Assembly: GCA_963765895.1 (NCBI GenBank)
Contig: CAVXZB010000043.1
Location: 1-33,809, forward strand
DNA length: 33,809 nucleotides
Reading direction: 5' to 3'
Source: an uncultured Nitrososphaeraceae archaeon
GTDB lineage: Archaea > Thermoproteota > Nitrososphaeria > Nitrososphaerales > Nitrososphaeraceae
In this document: piece by piece, positions 1-10,874 of the stretch
Numbering within the stretch: position 1 is the stretch's first letter
How the letters are laid out: each line of letters opens with the position of its first letter
Notes under the pieces: model-generated
What the model was told of the DNA's origin: nothing
The model's database searches: none
What the model saw: only the letters and a program-made list of their open reading frames with translations
Translations under genes and position numbers: made by a program

Positions 1-2
1 AT

Positions 3-454
3 ATGAAATATAATAACAATGGCAGTAATGAATTCTTCTACCTGTTTGATGGACTAAGTATGGATAGCTGGCATATGGCCAGTCCAGGTGAATTTGTACT
101 TGTTGAATACGACAAATCATTGCGATCAGAAGGGGGAATGGGATTACTATGGTATGCTGAAAAGAGGTAAAGGATTTCGTACTAAAGGTTGATTGGAAAG
201 CCAGTAGTATAAATGACAATTCAGGAGTAATTTGTCAGATTTTCAAATCCAGACAATGATCCTATGATAGCCTGTCAATACAGGGTATGAGATACAAATT
301 GATGATCTGGCGGCACCTGATGGCAATCCTCTTCATAAAACAGGTGCAATATACAACTTTGCCTCTACCTCAGACACAGCAGTATCAAAACCAAGGCCAA
401 TGGAATACCTTTGAGATAGAAGTAACAAATCAAAAATATAGTGTATGTTAAATG
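3..454 (+). pseudogene. DUF1080 / 3-keto-disaccharide hydrolase family protein, 5' part (frameshifted, IS-interrupted)
   Basis: Manual translation across frame changes gives LFDGLSMDSW...GGMGLLWY...DFVLKVDWK...DNSGV...GYEIQIDD...HKTGAIY...GQWNTFEIEV...LNG, typical DUF1080 motifs. May begin upstream of the window. Confidence 0.85.
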
Positions 455-1345
455 GGCCATGTAGAAATCATCACAAAAATGACAATATTCGTTAGCCTGT
501 GCATGTTATAGGCTATGCATCTGAATGATAGTTCCCTGTTCTGTGTTTTTACTAGCCTTGAAGAAATATATTCTCCAAATAGTCGTTTTATGACAGACAT
601 TATGGTCTCATCCTTGTTTCGTTGATTGTACAATAGTTCGTTATATCCACGTTTCATCTGCTTTCTATATCTGCCATGTGTTCTCCATATCGGTACATGT
701 TCATATCGAGTGGAATAACACTGAATGCATGCAAGGTTTCTCTTACCAACTGATGATTATCTTCACTATCATATCCCTTATCAGCTGTAACTACGGATAA
801 TGGTAGAATTTCAGTTATTCTTGTTATGATTGGCTTGAAATCTACATTATCATGTCTTGTAGGAGGTCGTCTTATCCTTATGTTGCAGATAATCTGTTGT
901 TACGTCGGCTCCAATAGATAATTTCGCATATTTTCTTCTTGCTTCTATTCGTTCATCATAATACTGTGAAGCATGAGTTATTTTAAATCCTGTTGAATCT
1001 ATTCCTACAAAGATATGCTTCGTACAGTGAATTACAATGAATGACGAAATTATCTTCTCAAGCAGTGAATTGCTAATTCTGTCTGTCTGTAAACTTTTGC
1101 AATGTTGTAAAATGAGGAATACGTGACAATCGTAGGTACAATCTAAGGTAATATGCCTCGACTAACCACTCGACAAACATCCTATAACTCTTACCTTGGT
1201 ACTGTCTTATTGTAAGTAATACTAAATGCTGCCATATCATAAATGCATGATTGCTCTTTCTGTGAAGAAACAATGGTATCCTTGAATTTCTCAAGACACG
1301 GTACATAGTATTAGCCAGCCTAACATATCTTGATTCTTTCAACAT
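448..1345 (-). pseudogene. IS5-family DDE transposase, frameshifted
   Basis: ORFs 1073-1345 (IPHFTTLQKF) and 448-657 (YNQRNKDETIMSVIKR) plus intervening frames with GIDSTGF, RHDNVDF and ADKGYDSE. At least three frame breaks, one at a TCTG x3 repeat (1078-1089). Confidence 0.88.
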
Positions 1346-1406
1346 CCATATTGGATCATACGTCTAGAAAGTCTAACGGTATTCAGAACATGGTTTCTAC
1401 AGAGCC
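455..1406 (-). mobile_element. IS5-family insertion sequence (ISH1-like group), 952 bp
   Basis: Imperfect 17-bp TIRs: GGCCATGTAGAAATCAT (455-471) versus reverse complement of 1390-1406, GGCTCTGTAGAAACCAT (14/17). Flanked by 8-bp direct repeat GTTAAATG (447-454, 1407-1414). Contains a DDE transposase. Confidence 0.9.
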
Positions 1407-1545
1407 GTTAAATGGTAAAAAAGTAATACCAGAGTTTACAGGCAACAGACTCACTGTAGGATATATTGGAATCCAAAATCATCATGCAGGTTCCCATGTT
1501 TCATTTAAGAATATTAGGATAAAGGAGAAGAAAATGTTAACATGA
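1407..1545 (+). pseudogene. DUF1080 family protein, 3' part
   Basis: LNGKKVIPEF...GYIGIQNHHAGSHVSFKNIRIKE matches the DUF1080 C-terminal motif (GxIxLQxH...VxFRNIxIK) and resumes exactly at the target-site duplication. Confidence 0.85.
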
Positions 1546-2345
1546 CCTTTGACGCACTTGATTTTTGGCGGCTACAGTAAATAGTTACCCTGAGAATACA
1601 TAATTAGATATTTCACAGATAAATTTATGAATTAAATAATATTCGTGTTTTTATGAATAACTGCTTTGAATGGCCTCGAAATAACTGTATTTGGTATTTA
1701 AAACTGGCAGTATTCTTTTCAAGATCTTGATATGGCTTAACTTGCGTCCATTATTTTTAATCCTCTAAAATCTAGGATAACAGATGTTGCAAGAACATGT
1801 TGATCAAAATAAAGGCTGATTCAAATATATTATTCTCTTATAAGCAATTGGACAACTTCCCATACTTGATAATAGAAAAATTTGGCTGTTCCTTCTATCA
1901 AACCGTTTAGTTTCACCAAACTTTTGATACGGACTATAGACTTAGATACTTTGCCAGTGGGAGTTTCAATGTTCGTTGCAAACAATCCACAAGCATCGAA
2001 AGACGTTCTCCCACTCGTCACGGCCTTGTAAGTTTTTCTGTCAGTGTAGTTACCGTGATATATAGATCACAGGCTCTTGCAGGATTTCGAATTATTTGTT
2101 TCTAGAAGAAATTGTTGTGCCAAAATAATGGCAATTATAAAATAGGAATTAGGAATACTGATGATCTATAGATTAAATTATCTCAATTCTACTTCATGTT
2201 CAGAATTTATCAAACCCTTTATTCTTTGGCATAGCTTTGAGCGGTAGGAGTTAGTAATATTATTTTAATCAATAATTGAAGCGAATAAAATGTGTATTCT
2301 ATTTATTCGGTATTACTCGATATCCAAATGATTATAAATACTTAT

Positions 2346-2374
2346 ATACTATTAATTAGCATACTATTAATTAG
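2346..2374. promoter_or_regulatory. Candidate MarR operator (tandem 14-bp repeat)
   Basis: ATACTATTAATTAG at 2346-2359 and 2361-2374. The junction forms the imperfect palindrome TTAGCATACTAT. It lies between TATA-like tracts (2331-2348) and the marR ATG at 2385. Confidence 0.5.
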
Positions 2375-2384
2375 ATATCATAAC

Positions 2385-2975
2385 ATGCAAAAATATGATT
2401 ATAAAAATAATATAGGATTTATAGTTAACAGGACAGCAAAGGCCTTCGCCAAGGCATTTGATACAGAATTACGTGACAAAGTAGGTGTAACTTTTAGTCA
2501 ATGGAAGGTAATTGTAATGCTTGTAGATCAAAATGGTTTAACTCAAAAAGAGATTGCCGATAGGCTAGGATTAGAAGGTCCGACACTCATTCCGATTATA
2601 GATAAAATGGAAAAGGTGAGGCTAGTAATAAGAAAAGTAGATGCAGATGATAGAAGGAATAATAGAATTTATCGTACAGAAAAAGCAGATGCATTATGGG
2701 ATAAGATGCTAGAATGTTCGTTTAGAATAAGGCAAATTTCTGTCAGAGATATATCAGAACAAAATATCGCCATCATGCGGGATGTTTTAGACAAGATATG
2801 GCTAAATCTAAGAACTGAATTTGACGATGTTGATTGTGCTATTGTTGATAATAATAGCAATAATACAGTAACAGTCCAAGATTCAACTTCCAATACTCCT
2901 AAAAATATTGCCGTCGCTACAACAACTAGTGCATTAACATCCTCAACAACAATTAGAACAAATAAGAAAAATTAG
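2385..2975 (+). CDS. MarR-family transcriptional regulator with low-complexity Thr/Asn tail
   Basis: GVTFSQWKVI...GLTQKEIADRLGLEGPTL...IDKMEK...DADDRRNNRIYRT is the MarR wHTH with the DxR wing. ATG 2385 preferred over the track start 2292. Confidence 0.92.
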   Translation: MQKYDYKNNIGFIVNRTAKAFAKAFDTELRDKVGVTFSQWKVIVMLVDQNGLTQKEIADRLGLEGPTLIPIIDKMEKVRLVIRKVDADDRRNNRIYRTEKADALWDKMLECSFRIRQISVRDISEQNIAIMRDVLDKIWLNLRTEFDDVDCAIVDNNSNNTVTVQDSTSNTPKNIAVATTTSALTSSTTIRTNKKN

Positions 2976-2996
2976 TAAAATAAAGGTTTTTTTAAA

Positions 2997-4729
2997 ATGA
3001 AGCCATCGTCCGACAAAAATAGGAACGACATTAATACTAAGAATTATAACGATAATAGGAACAACGGTAATTCATCTTCTAATTTATATGCATCTTCCCA
3101 AACTAATAATGTAAAGATTCCTGCTTCCGCATGGAAAGTATTAGCTTTACTAAGCTGCATTGCAACTATGGTAATGTATGCAGAAACTATGTTGATACCT
3201 GCTATTCCAGATCTTATCAAAGACTTTCATGTATCCTACAGTATGTCTTCCTGGATCCTTACAGCATATCTTGTTGCAGGTGCGGTTATGACACCGATAG
3301 CTGGTAAGTTATCAGATATCTACGGAAGAAAGAAAATGCTATTGATTATAATGGTAATTTATGCTGTTGGAGTTTCATTATCGGCGTTTGCCACAAACAT
3401 ATACTTTATGATAGTGGCTAGGGCAATTCAGGGAATAGGAATGTCGATGTTTCCTATTGCTTTTGGTATAGTAAGAGACGTATTTCCAAGAGAAAAAATT
3501 TCTATTGGTCAGGGAGTGATCACTTCTATGTTTGCATCTGGCGCAGTCATTGGATTAGCTGTAGGAGGGATAATAATTCAAAACTATGGATGGAGAAGTA
3601 CGTTCTTTACAATCATACCCATTGCAATTGCCCTACTCTTGATAATAAGGCGATTTATTAATGTGGATGATGGAGAACAACAACTACAAGAACAAGAAGA
3701 ACAAGAAGGGCACTTACAGAAACAATCCAAAATTGTAGAAAATAATAGGCACAATAACAATAGCAGTAATAATATTAAAGATAGAATAACTAACAAAAAT
3801 TACGAGAGCAATAGTAAAAGAGTCACAAATCAAATTGACGTAAAAGGTGCTGTTACTTTAGCTCGCTACAATAACCTTATTTCTATTAGTATTAACGTTC
3901 ATCGAAACATCAGGTGGTGGTAGTGCAACTGCTACTAACATGAATAATAGTAATAGTAGCAGTAATTCTTCTAATTCTTCAACCACACTACTGCCCTTCC
4001 TTATCACCGGAGGAATTATTTCATTCATACTGTTTATAGTTGTTGAAAGACGCTCTAAATATCCATTAGTAGATTTTAGATTAATGCTCAACAAGTCGAT
4101 CCTTCCTGCAAATTTGATCATTATGCTAGTTGGACTATCCATGTTTATGGTCTTTCAGACAATACCAATTCTAGTAAGAAATCCTGAACCAGTTGGATTT
4201 GGAGAAGATGCAATCGGTACCTGGAAAAGTACAGCTGCCTTTTGCCATAGTGCTATTAATATTTGGTCCAACTTCTGGGTATATAGTATCAAAATTAGGC
4301 TCATTAAAACCAATAATATTTGGCACTTGTATAACTGCTGCAGGTTTTATTGGTCTACTTATGTTCCATTCTACAGAGTTATTAGTTTCAACTAATCTCG
4401 CTATATTATCAACAGGATTATCTTTGACTAGTGTTGGGGCTATGAACGTAATTATCTTGTCAACCCCAAAACAATTTAGTGGCATATCTTTGGGTATGAG
4501 TACTCTTATGAGAATCATTGGTGCTGCGATAGGTCCAGCGTTAGCAGGAATGTTTATGCAGACACATCAGTCATTATTAAATATCCATGGAATTGCACAA
4601 TATTTCCCTTCAGCAGATTCATTTAATCTAATATTTCTCTCTGCAGTAATACTCTCAGTAGTCTCAATAGTGTTAGCAATAATATTAAGGCGAAGCGTCG
4701 TAAAAATGGCCATACCGAATTTGGCATAG
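2997..4729 (+). CDS. MFS drug-resistance-type transporter (DHA2-like), split by two +1 frameshifts
   Basis: Motif A GKLSDIYGRKK, ARAIQGIG, WRSTF, PLVDFRL and GAAIGPALAG are spread over ORFs 2997-3923, 3940-4395 and 4193-4729. Removing one base near 3864 and one near 4220 restores a single frame. Confidence 0.9.
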
Positions 4730-4799
4730 GAGAGCCGAACGTCAACAATAACATGATCTATGTGCCTGGTGATGGAGTTGGGCATTAAAGAAGATACAC

Positions 4800-5415
4800 T
4801 TAAAAATGAGGATAAAGCGATATATCACTTACAGAAAAACCACTGGTACTCTGAGCTTTCTACCCTTGTAAGAAAAGTTCCTTTCGAAAGTACCTTTCTA
4901 TATTGAATGAAAATGAGTCATATCGATCTTGCTTTAAACAGGGCGCTGATTTGATGCCTCGCCAAGCCGTAATAGTAGACATTTTGGGGAACAAGAAAGT
5001 AAAGGTACTTAGTCTTCAGGCGCCTGAAGTTGAAAAGGCTAATCCTAACAATAAATGGAGTACCGATCTCAAAGGCAGCATTGAATCTAAATTTGTTTTT
5101 ACTACGCTCAAATCAGATATAGTTCTACCATTCACAGCAGGTCAATATTCCTATGTATCTCTTCCAGTAGAAAAGAGCCAGGAAGGAAAGTATAGGATAG
5201 TGGGTCAAAAGGAGTTAGGTACTAAATAATTACACATTGGCCATAAAGTGGTTCAAGTAGGTCAATAAGCAACTATTATCCAAGACAAAGAAGGAATTGG
5301 ATAGTTGGCCTAAACGTAGGAACAAGCTTATTGATCAACCTTCTAGTGGGGCCCGGTAATTTGGTTCTCTTTGGAGCAGGCGGCAAAAATATCTCTGCAA
5401 CCGTAGTATCTATAC
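4800..5415 (+). pseudogene. C-terminal fragment of a large type IIG-like restriction-modification protein
   Basis: YRSCFKQGADLMPR...LKGSIESKFVF...IVLPF, then broken frames ending LVLFGAGGKNISATVV. Resembles the post-methylase/target-recognition region of type IIG proteins (recognised from memory only). Confidence 0.5.
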
Positions 5416-5430
5416 GAAGACCTCCTAGCT

Positions 5431-5910
5431 AGAACCGGCGAGCATTCAAAGTTTTTGGGTCAACACTTTACACCTTCCCATATAGCTGAATTAACATTAT
5501 GTGGACTTTGTGGTACTTCTAACCTCGATCCTAGATCCAATGGCAGGACATGGGGGTTTCTTGGAGCAATCTATGAAACGTTATCCATATGCTAACATCG
5601 TCGGCGTAGAAATAGATCCATTGCCGCTACATGCAGCAAAGTTGATAACGGATGGTAAAATAACTCTCATATCCGCGGACGTTTTTACTTGGGCTAAAGA
5701 ACGTGTGAAAGATAATCCATCCTGTAACTTCTATGCCATAGTTGGAAATTCCAGCATATGTGAGCTATCAAAATTTACACAAAGTTAAACAGCTTAATGT
5801 TCGTAATAAAGAGACACATGATTATAGAACCTATCCACTTCGAACATTAGAGGAGATAGCCATTGCGAAGGGAGTTATACTTGACGTAGCGTGCATATTT
5901 AAAGAGTGGT
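5431..5910 (+). pseudogene. N6-adenine DNA methyltransferase (gamma class) N-terminal fragment
   Basis: Motif X KFLGQHFTP, motif I ILDPMAGHGGFL, GVEIDP and a frameshifted motif IV IVGN/PAY. Truncated shortly afterwards. Confidence 0.8.
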
Positions 5911-6881
5911 CATTGCCGGCAAAAAGAAGCTGCAAGCATCCCGGCGGTATGAGAGGACAAAGTGCACATAGATGCCCGGATAACGAATCCGCAGTACTCA
6001 ACGGCCAACAACAGTTCTTTATCCTAGTTTGGTTTAGCTGAATTTGCGTATAAGATATTTTGCCGACCAAACCCATGACTAAGGTTCATTACCTTTTCTA
6101 GCTTATAGTGATAGGCATAAACATCATCACTAATGAATCGATATGGATATGGCTCCAGGCACTGGTAGGCGGTAGTTCGAGCGATGACTTCTCTGACAAT
6201 CTTGATCTCCTTATTTATCTCACCGTTTTCTGAAACCTCAGACACCTTCTTTCTTGTTTAGTCAGATTAGATTAAAATCCGGAAGCGTGAATCAGCCATA
6301 ATATTCGATATGATGCCCATAAAATCCAAGTAACCGACGATCACACTAGTTGATACTCTGTTCACTATCTTTACTATCTTGAACTAGTTTTGGCAGAATA
6401 GTCTGAATTCATATCCATAGATTGCACTTTGCAAAAAATTTCGTTATTGTAGTGAGATATTTCGCAGGCAGTTTTGTAAATCAGGAAGATATAGCTGTAG
6501 TCTGATAGTATTAACTTGTTTGCAGTCGATGTAACACATTGAATGCGCTAGTCATAGTAAGAATGGAAATGTAAAGTTCTTCAATGTGTTGATTATGTTT
6601 TGTGATAGCAAACCATTAGCGAACACTAATGCTCCACAGGTATTACATAAGCATTATCCGTCCAGTCTTTGTGGGCTTTAGCGTAGCCATTGAATTGCAG
6701 AATAGACAATGCACAGTTCGTTCCCATGGATCGATAATAGACAAGTTACTGTAGTATAATACATCATATCTAAGCTATATATAGCACCTATCGAGAGCAA
6801 TTAGAATACAACATTCAATATCCAAGGATCCGACATACAATAGTTATTCTTCAAGCCGATCTAGCATACTAGAACTACGTC

Positions 6882-7292
6882 TTGCATAATAGTATCTGTA
6901 GAATGGCTTTTTGGAAAGTGAAAAAGGATCATACATCAATTAGGCGTATAGATTATGGAACGGTGTTTGCCGGCATTGGGGGGCCCGCTAATATGTCACA
7001 TATAGATGGTGGTGCTTACGATAGAGTAAGATATGATGTTTATGGAAAAACCACCTTTAATGTAGACGTGATTGGTGAGAGCGATAATGGCTATGGTGTG
7101 TATGATTTGAGCAAAAGCCGCGATGGTGTGGTTGGGTTCAGTCCTCACGGTTAAGATGTACGTAGCCAGAGTATCGATTGCCACGGTATGCTTGGAACTA
7201 GCAGCAGATTTGGTATGCACGGCGTTAGCATTCAGGATGCTGATGTGGTTGGCATTGATCGTAATGGTGGCGCCGGATTGCTTACACCATAG
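6882..7292 (+). pseudogene. Gly-rich ~10-residue repeat protein remnant (GVxGxS-type repeats)
   Basis: DVYGKTTFNV DVIGESDNGY GVYDLSKSRD GVVGFSPHG* DVRSQSIDCH GMLGTSSRF GMHGVSIQDA DVVGIDRNGG. The periodicity continues in frame through TAA 7152-7154. Locally higher GC. Confidence 0.55.
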
Positions 7293-7734
7293 AAGGTGTG
7301 CCCCAACCTCGCATATCATGAAAAACTAACCTGGTCTAGCCAGCGTCTTTCCTCACTATTACATGCGTCTGCCATATTACCCCTCCATGGATAGAAATCC
7401 TTTCATAATCCTATCTCGTATGCAGTGCCAAAAGGATTGAATGTATCACCTTGATTAAATGGATGATTTTTACCACCGACTGTTCCTTGCACGAAACAAT
7501 CATTATGTCCTTTCCTGCATTGATGCTGTTCGCCGGCGAACTAAGTAATGATCCTAGTATAGATATCATTATAATGACTGGCAATTATTCCCTCAGTTCT
7601 TGGTCGTCTGTAATCACACTCAGAGTACATTGTACTGCTCCTAATACGGATAGGAGCCTGGAAGATGATGATATACCAAACATAGATGATAGTAAACAAA
7701 GATGTGACATGTTTGCATATCAGTAGATAATAAA

Positions 7735-8052
7735 GTGAAAAAACAGCAAAAAACGAAAAGAAAATCTGATACCGTAGTAGATATGTCTACAGGTATAGTA
7801 GATATTGAAGACACTCCTGACGTTGCTACTTGGAATAAGAAAATTCACACGAAAGTTGATTCTGCAGGCATAATAGATGATAGATTCCTTAATGCAGAAA
7901 AAATACAAACACCGCTAACTATTGGTATTGGCCTCAGACATAGGGAACCATCTAAAAAAGATTTGATTGTAGATCCAGCTAATAAAAAAGAGATAGAGGA
8001 GGCAATTGAGTCTGGATCTACATTAACAGATGAAGCCACAGATTTGTCCTAA
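7735..8052 (+). CDS. Hypothetical charged protein (105 aa)
   Basis: Open frame with protein-like composition, basic N-terminus and acidic remainder. No family recognised. Confidence 0.55.
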   Translation: MKKQQKTKRKSDTVVDMSTGIVDIEDTPDVATWNKKIHTKVDSAGIIDDRFLNAEKIQTPLTIGIGLRHREPSKKDLIVDPANKKEIEEAIESGSTLTDEATDLS

Positions 8053-8782
8053 TAATGAATAACCACAGCATATGGCTCAGCTTTCATATAATATGAAAGG
8101 TGTATACAACAAGCAGTTCCTAAAGTAGTATCGGCGAAGGATGAGACATATTTCGATAAACTTGTAGAATCGTTGCAAAGAACCAGGATATTAGAGGAAG
8201 AATTGATTGAAATTGGCAGAGTTATGGATGCTACTCTGTTCAATCCAAGGTATGCAGCTGCAAACGTAGAAAAATTAAGGTTGTTAATAAAGAGGCAAAT
8301 GCGTGGTCACTCCTGCTAAGGACTTACGATTTTGTCAATGTAAGAAATCAAATCGTTCCAAACAAAAAGCCGTCTCTTTTGTAATTGTATCGATAGATCT
8401 CGCAAGAACCTGCTCCTTATCAAGTAGCACGGTCACCAACTATTGTTGTTTTTCTCTTGCTTCTTGAGCTTGTGTCAAAGTGACAAAACTTCGATGCCTA
8501 TCAGGCATCAAATATGTAATTGTATCAAAGATGATCTGCTGCAAAATGCATTGTCTCCTAGTGTACTATATAAACGGTCGGCATAATTAGATGATAGATC
8601 TTTAGTAATCAGAATTATCTTTCCCTCTAGTAAGGAATTAATTTGCTTATAGCCAGCTCCTATTACAGGTTAAGACTTCAACGATCTTCATACCTAAAAA
8701 GATATTAATAAATAGAGGTATTCTATACATAATTCCAGTAATATAGATATAGATAAGTAATAACTACACTATTTACCATACT

Positions 8783-9124
8783 TTGAATATCCTGGTTATA
8801 ACGATGATAACAATCTCAGTGTTGGCATACGGTATCCTTTCATACATACAACAAACAGCATACTCTGATTCGTTTGTAGAAAATCTTGCGAATTCTTTTT
8901 TTAATCAAAGTGATAGTGTCAGGGCTCCAAATAACACCAATCAAACCCATTCGAGTAAATTTGCCTCTAACAATGTTACCAATTTTCCAAACGTATCGTT
9001 AGCCTCTAATTCTAGACAACTATCAATGAAGCAGATTTGTCTTAATTCTTCAATAGTTGCAGATCAATTTGCCAAACAACAATGCGAAGCCACTATGTAC
9101 AATAAGTTCCTGGGAACAAAATAA
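8783..9124 (+). CDS. Hypothetical exported protein
   Basis: N-terminal hydrophobic segment, many NxS/T sequons, two Cys near the C-terminus. Confidence 0.6.
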   Translation: MNILVITMITISVLAYGILSYIQQTAYSDSFVENLANSFFNQSDSVRAPNNTNQTHSSKFASNNVTNFPNVSLASNSRQLSMKQICLNSSIVADQFAKQQCEATMYNKFLGTK

Positions 9125-9237
9125 TAGTTTCAGGTTGTGATCAGCAGATTAGTTATCATTACTGCTGCATATATTCCAAGTATTGTATATCCAGACAAGC
9201 CAGACATAAGAAGTGTTACAGGTATAGTTTTGACGGA

Positions 9238-10717
9238 CTAGGAGAGATATTTATCTAAACCGTGATTATATTTTATACTATTATCCTTACTTTCCTGTTT
9301 TTTTATCCTCGTATCATAGTCTCTATCTATCTTTGTTGCTTGTTTTATCATCTTTAGCGTGCTGTAATCTTGTGTGTGTGAAAGATAAATGGTATAGATT
9401 AGTGCAGTTTCTTTCTGTTCGGTCTTTCTTACCACCCTACCTATTCTTTGTACTACTTGATTTACGTTTGATGTAGTTGCTAATATTATCGCTATGCTAA
9501 CCTCCGGCACATTGTAACCCACTTCTAATGTATGAACTGAGAGCAAGGGGAAAAAATCCTTACCCCAAACCGATAAAATTTTTTCTCTTTCATTTATCTT
9601 TAGACTGCTATCAATTATCATAGAGTTTATTCCATTATTTTTTAATAATATTTCTCTTAACTTCTGAATTGACTCTATAGTTTCACTAAATACCATAATC
9701 CTTTCATAGGGATGTCTTGAGATAATATCAGCTGCAGCTAATAGTTTATTTTCAGCACAATTAATCAAGCCTTTTCTCTTTCTAACCTCGGCGAACCATA
9801 TCCTTGCCAGTCTAGATCTGAATCCTCTTTGTCTAAGTATTGAAGCAATAACATTTGGATTGGAGGATTTAAGAGATTGTGAAACCTTTCTGATTTCGAA
9901 GGAGCACATGTCATAGATCTTCCTTTCGTCTGGAGTGAGCTCAACTTTGACTGGGATGACGACCGGCCTTGCCAATCGTTTATCCGTCACCGCTTCCTTT
10001 ATCATATATTTTTTTACAATTGGCATCAGTGATAAGATGGTATTATATTTAGGATCGGCTTCATCTATTGTCGCCGTTAAGCCTAACAAAGCCGATGGTT
10101 TAGGATTATTGTGCCGACTTAGTCCAGAACTTACTGTATCAAATATATTTCTTAACATCGTAGTTGTATCACTTACTAAATGAACCTCGTCAAATATTAT
10201 CAAATCAAAGTCATAAATGAGATCACGGTTATTTATTATGCTCTGATATGTACCAATAGTGATATGGCGAATCTGTTTCCGTTCTCCAAAATACGTTCCT
10301 ATATACTCTTCGGCTATACCATATCTAATAAGCCTCTTAACATTCTGCTCTACTAAAACAATACGAGGTACTAAAAAGAGGACTTTAAATTGATCAGGCG
10401 TGACTATGGAGTAATTAGATGACTCTTTATCCTTCGTGTATTTTAATCGGTACTAACTTTCTAGCAGCTAGTTGTGCTGCCCTTCTTGCGCATTCAAAGG
10501 CTATTTCGGTCTTACCAGTTCCAGTACTATATATTATGGATCCTTTGCAGCCGGATGATATCCATGCTTCTACTGCTTCGACTTGATCTCGTTTGAGGGC
10601 AAATGGCAATTTGAATGTGAGTATTGGAAATGATACTCTTGACAGATGTGAAGATGTTGATGATGTTCTATTGGCAGTTGTTCCTGAATCTTGCAAATAT
10701 GCTTCACCCAGTTCCAT
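9238..10717 (-). CDS. Superfamily 2 DExH helicase, XPB/Rad25-like (one frameshift near 10440)
   Basis: Q motif LKRDQVEA, Walker A STGTGKT, Ia VLFLVPR, TYQS, Walker B DEVH, III GLTAT, V LEVGYNVPEV, VI QRIGRVVR. The frame is continuous from about 10438 into ORF 9238-10203. Confidence 0.9.
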
Positions 10718-10874
10718 GACGTCTCGGATTGAAAAGTGTTGTCATATTTAAGTGAAATTGGAAGTCACTGTGATGAAAATATCAGTACCTAATGTAACTA
10801 TTGGTCCTATTTATTTATATGCTAGATGAATTCATATAATTTCTAGATTTTATCTGACCAAGAAACTAAAAACA

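Noticed and set aside
1830-2021. Small minus-strand ORF; also 7451-7726, 14488-14670, 23911-24138 and 27914-28231
   Set aside because: No recognisable motifs or clear start signals. Could be decayed genes but unsupported.
2292-2384. Extended MarR N-terminus from the ORF track
   Set aside because: It translates the AT-rich promoter/operator. The MarR-like sequence starts at ATG 2385.
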